From: Tubiluchus corallicola
Lineage: Eukaryota > Animalia > Priapulida
Reading direction: 5' to 3'
NCBI GenBank assembly: GCA_030141605.1
Contig: JAQGDQ010000010.1
Coordinates: 620,001-684,000 of the forward strand
DNA length: 64,000 nucleotides
The notes below the pieces were generated by a model that was not told where the DNA came from, ran no database searches, and was given only the letters and a program-made list of their open reading frames with translations. The translations under genes were made by a program, and so were the position numbers. The stretch's first letter is position 1, and each line of letters starts with the position of its first letter. Of the stretch, positions 12,701 through 23,500 are shown piece by piece.

Positions 12701-13989
12701 AAACAGACTCAACAAAACAAAATAGTAAAATTAATAACTTTTGCTCAAAATATGAGCACGCCACACCTTCATTCAAAAAATTACAAATTTTAAAGATACA
12801 AGACACTTACAATCTTGAGTCATTAAATTTACGTTAAATTTAACGCAGGCTTATTACCAGAAGTTTTCAGGGAGTACTTTACTAATGTCTCTGGTACGCT
12901 TTCCCAAGAGCTGCTTCTAATTAAGTTTTTTTGTGGAGAGAACTATGCCGACATAGTTTCAATATTCTAAAATCACGAGGAGTAAAATTGTGGAATTCAT
13001 TGTCAAGAGATGCTTTTGATGATAGTTTATATTCTGCTGCAAAAGATACTACAAAACTTTACTAAACAGATATGGTAAATAACTTGTAAGACTAACAAAC
13101 TGTTTAAGGTACATCATCTCCTAATAATTTGATGTTCTTTCTCAAGCTTATTTTTTTCTCTATGAATTTTCTTCAGTATGCTCTCTTTTTCATGCTTATT
13201 TTTTCTCCTTGAATTCTCAGTTTTAAGTTTACTCTCTAATCACCTTCAATCATCTCTCATTATAAGACCTCATCTGTAACTAATCCTAACAAACAAAATA
13301 GCTTTTTATTGTTATACATCTTCAAAAAATTTTTCCAAGTACAAAATTATTATTTCTCATCTTTTTGAGCCCAAGCTGTTATTTTTTATTGTTTTTTTCT
13401 GTTGTTACATCCAAAATAATAGATGTATTTAATTTGACTATATTAATGGTTATCATTTGTCTTTACTTTTTGCTTGCAGTTACTCATCAATCATTTTTCT
13501 TCAGTTTTGAGACAATGCTTTATTTTCATCCTTATCGATTTTTTGTTGTTATTATAAATTTTCGTGGTTGTGGAGTGCCGCTGTTTCTTTTAAGACATAA
13601 ATATAGAAACCAAAGAAGATTGGAGAGGTTTATAAACTATTTATCAGCTTAACCGCTATCCTTCAACGGGAACGGTAAAAAACACTTCTTTTCAATGACA
13701 CCTATTCACATTCACCATTGTTATTTGCAAATCAGGCACTCATTTTAGTACAACTATAAGCTAAGTAATAGTTTATTATTTTTACAAATATTTCTTTGTC
13801 CCCCAAATTGTGTCATTTTGCTTAGATTTATGTATTTAAGAAACTTTTCTTTTATTTTTGGTTTTTGTTTACTGACAATTAATTATTATTGCTTTGCTTT
13901 GTTTGTGTTTTGCTGCAGCATCTCCTTTCGTTACTATTGTGTTTTGCTTTTATTAAACTTGCCATGTACGAAAGGACAGAAGACTAGAT

Positions 13990-15540
13990 TGTAGGGATCG
14001 CCGAGTAACCCACTAGCCGAAGTAGGACACGCCCGGTAAAACGCATGTGCTAAATTTGCGGAAAAGCAGTAGCGTACATGGGCAGCCCAAGCAAGACACT
14101 GGCGATGTCTGTCGAGAATTATGACATAATGAAACGTAAAACTAAATTTGTTTTGGAAAAAAGTAACTTTATAATAATGACAGATACTGCTTGACAATGT
14201 TTTTTTTACAATAATATCATCATTATTATTAGCTCCTATAATGTCATCACAACATTAAACTAAGTATCTAACGCTTTAACGAGAGAAACTATGTAGGGCA
14301 CATAACTCGCTAACCCGTTTGCTTAGTAGAAAACAATTATTTGTCCAAGAGAGACTGAAAAGGATTACCTGTCTGTGAAGCATGACAAAATAAAAAATGA
14401 TAATTATACCGTGAGCAAATGTTGGAATCGCCTAAAAAGTGCACTTATTTCACTTCAAAGAACATTAATATAGGCAAATATTAATTCTACTAGCTCAGAA
14501 TAAAATTCTTTTATTTTATCAGATGTATAATAAATTATTCAACGTGTATTGAAGTTTTTAATTATTATTATTATATATTAATTATTATATTATTACGGCG
14601 CTATTACACTTTCGCACCGCCTAGCTTTTTATAGGTTATTACTCGTTTGTAGGCTCGTAAGTCATCATTCTATTATTCTTACGTCATCAGTGAATCTTTC
14701 CGCTAATCTAATTGTAATTTAATAATATATTTAGGTATAATTACCAATAATTACGCTGTATTCACAGTTCTACACCTATACAGGGCGTATCGCCATCTTG
14801 TTTGTGTGTGTAGTCACGTGACAAATTTCGTACTAGTTTATGCATTATCAGGGCCTAGCTTAAGAGGCACGTGACACACTTTAATCTTCACCGCATTTAC
14901 GAAAGAAAGAAAAAACCTTTACTTTTTTATAATCTAATAGTAATAATACTACAGTAATAAATAAAATTAATGATAAATAACTGTTCCGTTCCAGGCCCAC
15001 CCGCGATACGATACAAATTCCCGTAGCTGCAACCCTAATAATCATAAATTATGCGAAGAAACTAAAAATACAGGTTAAGGGCCAAACACGTCACTGCGCG
15101 AGAGCGATTGCGCATCAGTGGTGTAAACACGGTTATTCACGTGCAGCTTTTAATGGCGGCGGTGGGTAAGTAATGCATGATTTTAATCTGTACTTATAAA
15201 GCGTAAGAAGCAATAATATTATGGGAATATGGTGTATATTACGCCTGTTGGTCTGCTTTCTGGCCTGCAGGCGTGAAAACAACCAATAGGCCAAGAAAAG
15301 CTAGGCGGTGCGAAAGTGTAATAGCGCCTATTATTACTATTACTAGTATTACATAAACAAGGAGAACGGACGGTGTCAGTACGCTTAACGAATTCAATTC
15401 GCGACCTGTCTCTAGTGTCCTACTTGGGCAGCCCATGTACGACGCGTCCTACTTGAGCTAGCCCATGTACGACGCGTCCTACTTGGACTAGCCCATGTAC
15501 GCCAATTGTTCTACTTCGGCTAGTGCCTCGGTGCCCAACA
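13990..15540. mobile_element. TGT...ACA-ended non-autonomous element with 5-bp TSD (Ginger2/TDD-like DNA transposon or solo LTR), interrupted by a Mutator-like MITE
   Basis: TAGAT|TGTAGGG...CCCAACA|TAGAT. Imperfect TIR core CACTAGCCGAAGTAG. 30-bp subterminal tandem repeats at 15415-15500. Homologous uninterrupted copy at 53027-53735. Confidence 0.75.
14597..15328 (+). mobile_element. Mutator(MULE)-like MITE, copy 1
   Basis: About 33-bp TIR GGCGCTATTACACTTTCGCACCGCCTAGCTTTT; perfect 9-bp TSD TATTATTAC; near-identical copy at 54403-55137. Confidence 0.9.
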
Positions 15541-16129
15541 TAGATGACCATTTGGTCCATCCCTGTTCTACTCCGTAATTACATTTATTTAATATTGAAC
15601 TAACAATATTGCTATAAATAAGACTAGAGAAAATAAAATGTTCTATGTTACTTTGATACGTACATGTATCTTTCTTTAACTAGAATATATATCAGTGACT
15701 GAAACCATGTGCAAAAACAAACCCTAGTTTGAAGAAGTAAAGCCAATCGAAGCTCGCAAAAACACCAATGATGTTATGGTAAGCACGTGATCTATATGCA
15801 GATATTATAGTATATTTACGGCATTTTCTACGACTGCGACAATGACTCTTAGTGTCTTCTTCATCTGCAAAAAATGGGTAAAAATAAAATAAAATTAAAA
15901 CTAAAAGCTCACTTGAAAGCTTACATAAATAAAGTAATACAGAATGATCAAAAAAACGATATAGCATACATGGGAATTCCATTTGAGGTCATTAGAAATG
16001 ATTACTCACAAATCTCTAATACGAATTTTTTCAGTTATTTCAGCATTTTTAAGAAAGTAAGATCTAATAGATTTAGGGCGTATTCTAAATAAAGCACATT
16101 TACTGGGTTTAAGGACCTCAACCATTTAC

Positions 16130-16440
16130 TGTACCTGTCTAAACATTCATCTAAGTCATGTTGTAAAATATAGCAATCAAGATTGTTTCAAATTAGATAA
16201 AAGGGCTTTAAATCGTCAACAAATAATTATATGCTAGACTCTGGGGAAATACAGTGGGCGAGATCATTAATAAAATTAAGGAAGCAGCATGGGCCGTGCA
16301 TGTTTCCTTGGGGGATACCACTTATAACAAGGTGGATGTACCATTCAGTGGCTGTACCATTAAGAACAACATGTTGTAAATTATTGAAGAACACAGGATT
16401 TCAGAATAAAGCCATTAACTTCATCGAGCTCTGTAACCTT
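16130..16440 (-). mobile_element. Degenerate LINE (CR1/L2-clade) reverse-transcriptase core fragment
   Basis: Minus strand reads QHVVLNG...SGIPQGNMHGPCCFLNFINDL...*LFVDDLK, i.e. the GxPQG..LGP..F..FINDL and [YF]xDD RT motifs, with an in-frame stop. Confidence 0.8.
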
Positions 16441-16829
16441 AAACTGTGTTAAGTTAATAAGCTTAGTATATATTGTTAATACTGAAATTAATGTCAATCA
16501 GAGAATAAGCATTCCAACCAAAAAGAGGAATAGACACGGCATTATCATCAGAAAGAGGCAAAAGCATCGGTGTTCGTTCTTTTTTTGCAAAAATTTTTCA
16601 TTGTATTTGTATTTTAGCATTCTCCCTAATATATAAAAATATATATTTTCTGAATACGTATGTGATTTCTAGCTTGTTTTTTAAATTATTCCACCAAATG
16701 ATTATTACCTGGCCTTCTCCACATCCAAAGAGTACACTTATCCTGATTCATCTAACAATTTTGACAATTATTTTTTTGAAAAATAGCGACAATATCATTG
16801 CAATTATAACTTGAAATCTGCAAGCCAGT

Positions 16830-17440
16830 GTGCTGAAGTGGTGAAGAGTGCTAATCAAATCTTATGAACGATAAATAGACAGTTTGTATCTAGAGACATC
16901 ACGACAATCATGAAATGGGTACAAAAACTTGGTAAGACCTAAATTAGAGTATTGTGTACACGCATGGATACCCACTATAGAAAAGACATTAAACTTTTAA
17001 AGGCTGTGCAACGTAAGGTGACCATTTATGATTGAAGGTATGGAGGAAATGTCGTATCAGGAGAGGCTTAGAAAATGCGTACTTACAACCTTAGAGTTGA
17101 GGAGACGTAGAAGAGATTTGACACAAACGTATAAAGTGGGTTAGGTGGCATTGAAAGAGAAAAAATGTTTACACTGGTAAGTGATAACAGAACCAAGGGA
17201 CATTCTGTAAAAATTTTTAAATATAGATCTAAATTGGATTGTTGAAAATATTTTTTCACGGAAAGAGTGGTTAGAGAGTGGAATCAACTCTCATCTGAAA
17301 TTGCTAAAGCTTCTTCAGTGAACAAGATCAAGAACAAGCTGTATAAATATTTAGATACGAAATATGGGGTTACAATGAGCTTGCTCGATTAACATCTACC
17401 ACTCTTAAATTTTAAGAGGGGCGGTATGGTATGGTATGGT
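16830..17440 (+). mobile_element. 5'-truncated CR1-type LINE 3' end
   Basis: Frameshifted YKNLVRPKLEYCVHAW..HYRKDIKLLKAVQRK..MSYQERLRK..LTTLELRRRRRDLTQTYK..RTKGHS..FFTERVVREWNQL, the typical CR1 ORF2 C-terminus. Ends in a (GGTAT)n tail at about 17424-17440. Confidence 0.85.
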
Positions 17441-17567
17441 GTAACTGTATGACTAACTGACAATTAAAATTAATCTGAAATTTAGGTGGATCATTTACTG
17501 ATTTTCTAAAATTAAATATAATATGTGGTCTGTAGCAATTGCAGAAATCACGCTACCTATTATTACT

Positions 17568-20500
17568 ATGACAACGAGGGTTAGCGTTCTTTCTGTTTAA
17601 ATGTAAATTTCGTAAATTTAAACTTCGAAAAGTATTATGAAAACTAAATTTGTAATACTAATAGTTGAACGTAATAATTTTGGGCATTATTTTTCGCAGT
17701 GCATTAAAATGATTAGACATGTGTGTATTTTCAGAAGCAATGACTGTTGCTTTCTAATTCTTTTAAGTTTATTAACATTTCAAGCTCGCGCTGTTGGTAA
17801 GTAATAACGAGTAATAAGTAGGACCGTACCAGTCAGATACACTTACAAATGTACACAGTACCATGCTTTCTTAACAATTCCATAATTTAAATATTGCGAA
17901 TTTTTTTTTTTGATAAACGTTTTAGTATTTTGGACAGCTAATCATGAATTGTACTGTTTACAACTACAAGTACAACAAGATCTTGTTGAAGTAGATAGTG
18001 AGATATTTTATGAATTTTTCATTATCAGGTATTTTAGAAAATTTGAGGTACTTTGAAACTCTGCGTGCTGATTCCATTCAGCACCGCATAGAGAAACGAG
18101 GAACCAAAGGTAAAGCAGATCATGTGAAAGAACTGAAGTTTAAAGGTTTGGGAAGGTAAATTCATTAGGCACTTAGTTAAAAACTAGGCTTAATAAATCT
18201 TGAACTTTTAGTCTTATGAAGGGTGCATGTTAATGTGCAAATTTAACTATAACATAATTTTAGTTATAAGTATAAAATGCATTCAGAAATTATAATTTCC
18301 ATTTGAAATCCCAGTTGAACATGGAGTGAAGTCCCAGTTAACGTGATGCATTATCCTGTATTTTATGATGGTTTGGAAGTGTGAAATGAGGGGAGCTATC
18401 ATCATAGCTATAGCTACAGACACTCAACAGCATGTAAACTTAATAAATTTTTGACAAGCCTAATTAACATCCTTCGTATGATAGTCAGCAATAATTAGAG
18501 TACTAGGTTTATTTCCAAAGTTTAAATCCAAGTATAAAAACAAGCGCAATTCAAAGCACCTCTTTGCAGCAGTGTTAACGAAGAATCGAACGAAACTCAT
18601 GATGTCATAATGGAAGGAGTTTACAACTGCCACTGCAATTTAAATATTCCAAACGTAATTCAGTACACAAGCTAATTTCTTGTGTGTGAGGAATAATAAA
18701 CTTGAGTCTGTCACCATAGTTATGCAGCCAAGTTGAGTCAACATTTGCTTTTAAAAACAGATTATGTGACATGAGGCATTGTGCTTTCAAGCCACATGCA
18801 AGGCCTCCTTAAAGCAAATAAATTTGTTCTACTGCAGGAATGAAAAATTAAATAGAGCTGTCAAATTTCATTTAGACTAGCTAGAAATGTAATTTTTACA
18901 TTATTTAGAAATTTTAGGCTGTACTTGCAGCCAACTGTTGGACTGCTTTCACCAGATTTTAAGGCTTATGCAGTAGATGGATACGGCAACATGACATCTG
19001 TGTACATTGACCCAGAAAGCTTTTATACTGGCCATGTTTTTGGTGAGTTTCAGTTTCGATCAAGTATTTGCGATCTTTGTACCAATTTTTTCGAATGTGT
19101 TAGTTTGTTTGTAATTGTGTAGCTTGAAGAATTGGGCTTATCTTCCATTTTTACTGCTAAGAAGAAACAATGAGGTGGCAGAACTAAATAAAAAAAATGG
19201 AGTTTGAGTGATGCGCCTTCAAAGTGAACTATTGTAGTTTGAAGCTATGTCAACTCATTGTTTATTGATTTAACATATTTTTTGAATCTCCATATAAGCT
19301 TGATGTATTTTGGATGTGAAAACAAGTACCAAAAAATTGCTCTGATTAGTATAATTTAGCATGAAGCATTTTTAGTAAAAGTAAGAGAATTACAATAGGT
19401 TTAATTTGTAAGACTAAAATCATAGTGTTATGCATGCTAAGTTGTTAACTTCAAAATAGAATGTTAGTTTTGATGATCTGTTAAAGTTAATTTATGTTTT
19501 CCCTTTGAAAGTATAGGGGAAAAGCACTCATCAGTAGCAGCTCACATAGATGACACAAGCTTGCTCACTGCTACTATTTCAACTGCTGATGATGCTTACT
19601 ATATTGAGGTATATGTTTATTATAGGTTTATATGCAGGGCACTTTATTTATGACTTTAGTCATAAATTGCATAAATAGCTTATTTAATACTAATTTCAGA
19701 TTTTATTTATGACTATTTATGACGTGTCAAATTTTGACCAAAAATGCCATCCTGAGCTAAAAGAAATACATATTTTTAATCAGAATCTTGTATTTTGCCT
19801 TTCTTCGTTCTTCATTACATTAAAATGTAATAAAAATGTCTACTTTCATCATTCCAAGGCCTGAAGTTTCTCGTATTGTTTTGCATGCAGGCATCCCTCC
19901 AGACTGAAATCCGTGATCGTGTTTATAATAATTATAGTATCGGTTTTAATTTGTTTAGGATGACCTATAAAATTACTGCTCATAAAAATCAATCTATTAA
20001 TTAATTCGTACAGTCACAATTCGTAGCCACAATTAGTACAAGTAAATAATGTATTTTTTTAAATATCGATTTTAAATTTAATGTTGGAAAATACTATTGG
20101 CTATTACATCTTTCTAGGGAACCGTCACGTATGTTTTCTAATTAAAATTACATTAAGCAAAATAACTAAACAAGAAAAACAGTTAAATTTTAATGACAAT
20201 GAAGCAACAAATTCTCCCAAAGATAAAATATGCTCAAATTCTAGCAGACGGCATTATTCTTATTTCTTGAGGATGAGGCAGTAAGGCACGGGAAACGCTT
20301 GCGGCAAACTCGAGCTAAAACCTACACCCAAGCCATTGACTTACGCCGCTTAGGGGTAAGCATCGAAGTTCGGTTCGATTCGAATTCGAAAGTCACAAAT
20401 TCGGTTCGATTCGAATTCGCTTTCTGGTAGAGAATGCTCACCCCTAACGCCGCTAGGATGAGAAAGGAACTGAAATGAACGTGCAAAGAAAAGAATTAGA

Positions 20501-23500
20501 AGTGTAGATTTCTGTTATTGTGCAGAGCGTAGGTTTGAGGCGGCAGAACTTTAGGACATTAAAATAGGTAAGCTGTCTTTAATTCAAATTTTCGATGGAA
20601 CGACAACGATTCTGTCGGTGCCTATTTATTTTTTCGCGGTAACGCGCTCATTTACTTTTTATTATTTAGGTTGCTTCTAGACGAGTTAATGACAGATAAA
20701 CGCATCAGTTAGACAGTCTCAGTTACTGTGTTAGTCCACCAAACAGTCACGCGCAAGCTTCTTATGGACTGCCTGTGTGTGTGGGAGAGAGAGAGAGAGA
20801 GAGAGACGGTGGAAACAGTTTTCTGTACTGAATTTTTTGTTCCATTCATCGGGAAATGATTATTTTTCTTTCGTTATTTATGACAAATTTGAAATCTTAT
20901 TTATGACTATTTATGACTATTTTGCAAGAAAAGTCATAAATAAAGTGCCCTGTTTATATGTCTTGAACTGCCTTATGAATTTTTATCTTGATTTTGGTTA
21001 GATAGTAGTGTAATACTGTTGCTATTTTGTTAGATTTTAGATTCAATAATATTGCGAATTGGGCCGAAGATCTGACCTTTTGTTATCAATCTTTTTTTGC
21101 TTTAAATTAATATAGATTTTGCAAAAAATTTACCTACTAATGTCTCCTGCAAGTGCCAGGTAAATATAAAATGTAAATAAGTCAGGAACACAGCAATAAA
21201 TATTTTTCGAGTTGTTAAATAGCTATAACTGGTAAATAACTACATCATGACATAGTTATTTACTAATCCTTTACTAAAATTCATTGCATCATAATATGCA
21301 AACTTATAATGCATTGTAACTGTAACTAGATATAATGCAGCACTATAACTGATTTTAACAGCTTACTTATAACAGCACACAAATAAATCCTCACTTCAAT
21401 ATGTTACGATTTTTACTGTTACGAAAGTTCAGTTTTAAAAATAGCGATACTGCTTGTAATAATAAATATATAACTACGTTTGCAAGATTTTATTACATAT
21501 GTAGTTGTTGTAATTGTGAAACTGTGATTGATTTTTTAACCTGTATAAATAATCTGTTTTTCAACTGTTAATGTCTTGTACTACTGTGCTATGTCTATTG
21601 TAATTGTGTAAGGTGTTTTCATTTTGGTTTATAGACCCATTATTGTGTTACTTAATTATATATATTTTAGCCCATGTGGAGACATGATGCTACTGCTGCA
21701 AATGACACTATGGTTATGTATAAAGAGTCAGACATTGTGGATGATTATGGAGCACAAAATAAAACTGCAAAGAGGCAAGTTTCTTGTTTTTAATATTAGA
21801 TAACTGGCTAAAAGCAGAAGTGATATAATCTAATTTCACGGCTACATCATGTTTTTGCTCTGTTCACCTTCTCCTTAGTATCTGTATGCGTTTATTAGCC
21901 GGCTGTGTAAGACATGTTTAAATGAATTTTAAGTGTTTGCTGCAAGTTTACGTTTTACTACTTCAAGATGAAAAGGAAATTTTCAGTCTTACAAAAATTG
22001 GGACAGTATGACTCAGCTACAACTTGTTGCAAACTGCAAATACTGATGAAGTTTTTATTTATTTATTTATTTTTATTAAACACAAATTTGAGGACAAGCA
22101 CCAGTGCAATACTGATAATGCTTGTCCTATACAGCAACAACAACAAGAACAACAGTATTAACAACAACAACAACAACAACAACAACAGCAACAGTAACAA
22201 CAACAACAACAACAACAGCAACAACAACAACAACAATACGTCAAACACAAATTTTTTTTATTGTTGTGTAGGTTATTCATTATAAGTATTATACTTCTGC
22301 TTTTCCTTAAATTTGTGTTTAAAAAATAAAAATTAAAAGAATATATATATACCAATGAATTAAGTGAATGAATTAAGAGTAGGCACACGATAGCAAAACT
22401 TTCACATATTACATTATATGTTATACATTATACATGCACATATATATCAACAATTGCAATTTATGACAAGTTCTAGATGAGTCATATCTGCCTGATTCTT
22501 GTGAATGTACATAGGCTAATCATCAAATACAGTAACTTTTTCTTTTAGCATTTTAAAAATCTCCAGAAACAGCATATTTTTGTCGATGTGACCATTTCTA
22601 ATTCTACGAACATTTATGTTTTCCTGGAGACGAGATGAGAATGCTATAAGTATGATGTGACCCAGACCTCACAAACTTTTAAAACAAGAATTTCACAAGT
22701 AAATATTTTGACAGATACTAAGTAGGCATTAAGAATAATGCAATGGAACTCGAATGTGGTTATGTTTTTATTTGCAGATTTTGCAGCTACATCAGCAGAG
22801 ACACTGATAGAAAAAACGTTTCTAGCAGCAGTCAAAATTCCACTGAGAAAGGGAAGGCTGCAAAACTTTCAAAAATTGATGCAGTGCACAAGACAAACAG
22901 AACAAAACGAAGAATCCGTCAGTTGCTGCAGCATAAAATGGCAAATAAACGAAAATCACGTATGCGGAAGAAACTTAGCCATTGTTCTTTGTTACTGGTA
23001 GGTGACTATAGATTCTACAAGCACATGGGCCATAGGAGTATACCGAATTCTGTAAATTATATGGTATGTATGGTGGGGGGATTCTGTTAGTTGTCTAATA
23101 CTTACTTTTAGTTGTACTTACACAGTTGCATGACATTCAATACTGTAACTTGACAGTTCTGTGAATCAATGATATATAATTGTATATATAAAAAATAAAG
23201 ATTTATCATTATGCTATCCAGTATCTACCAAATGTTGCCTTTGTCTGGCATTAGTAGGCTAGTTCCCTTGCTAGTTAGTGTAACGTGCCGAGGGCTATTG
23301 GCTTCCTAATTAACACCCTTGAATTAACGCTTGATGTGACAAATGTTTTCAGGCATGTAGCTAGTCTTGTAACTTGCTAAAATCACCCAAAGAAGAAACG
23401 TGGCCAGCATTCTTAAGATATTATGTAATATTTTCTTCATATTTTCTACATTCAAGGTAATTTGAAAAAAAGATTTTGCTACACTTAGTTCACTCACTAT

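Noticed and set aside
21968-22388. Poly-N, poly-L and poly-C ORFs
   Set aside because: Translations of the (AAC)n microsatellite.
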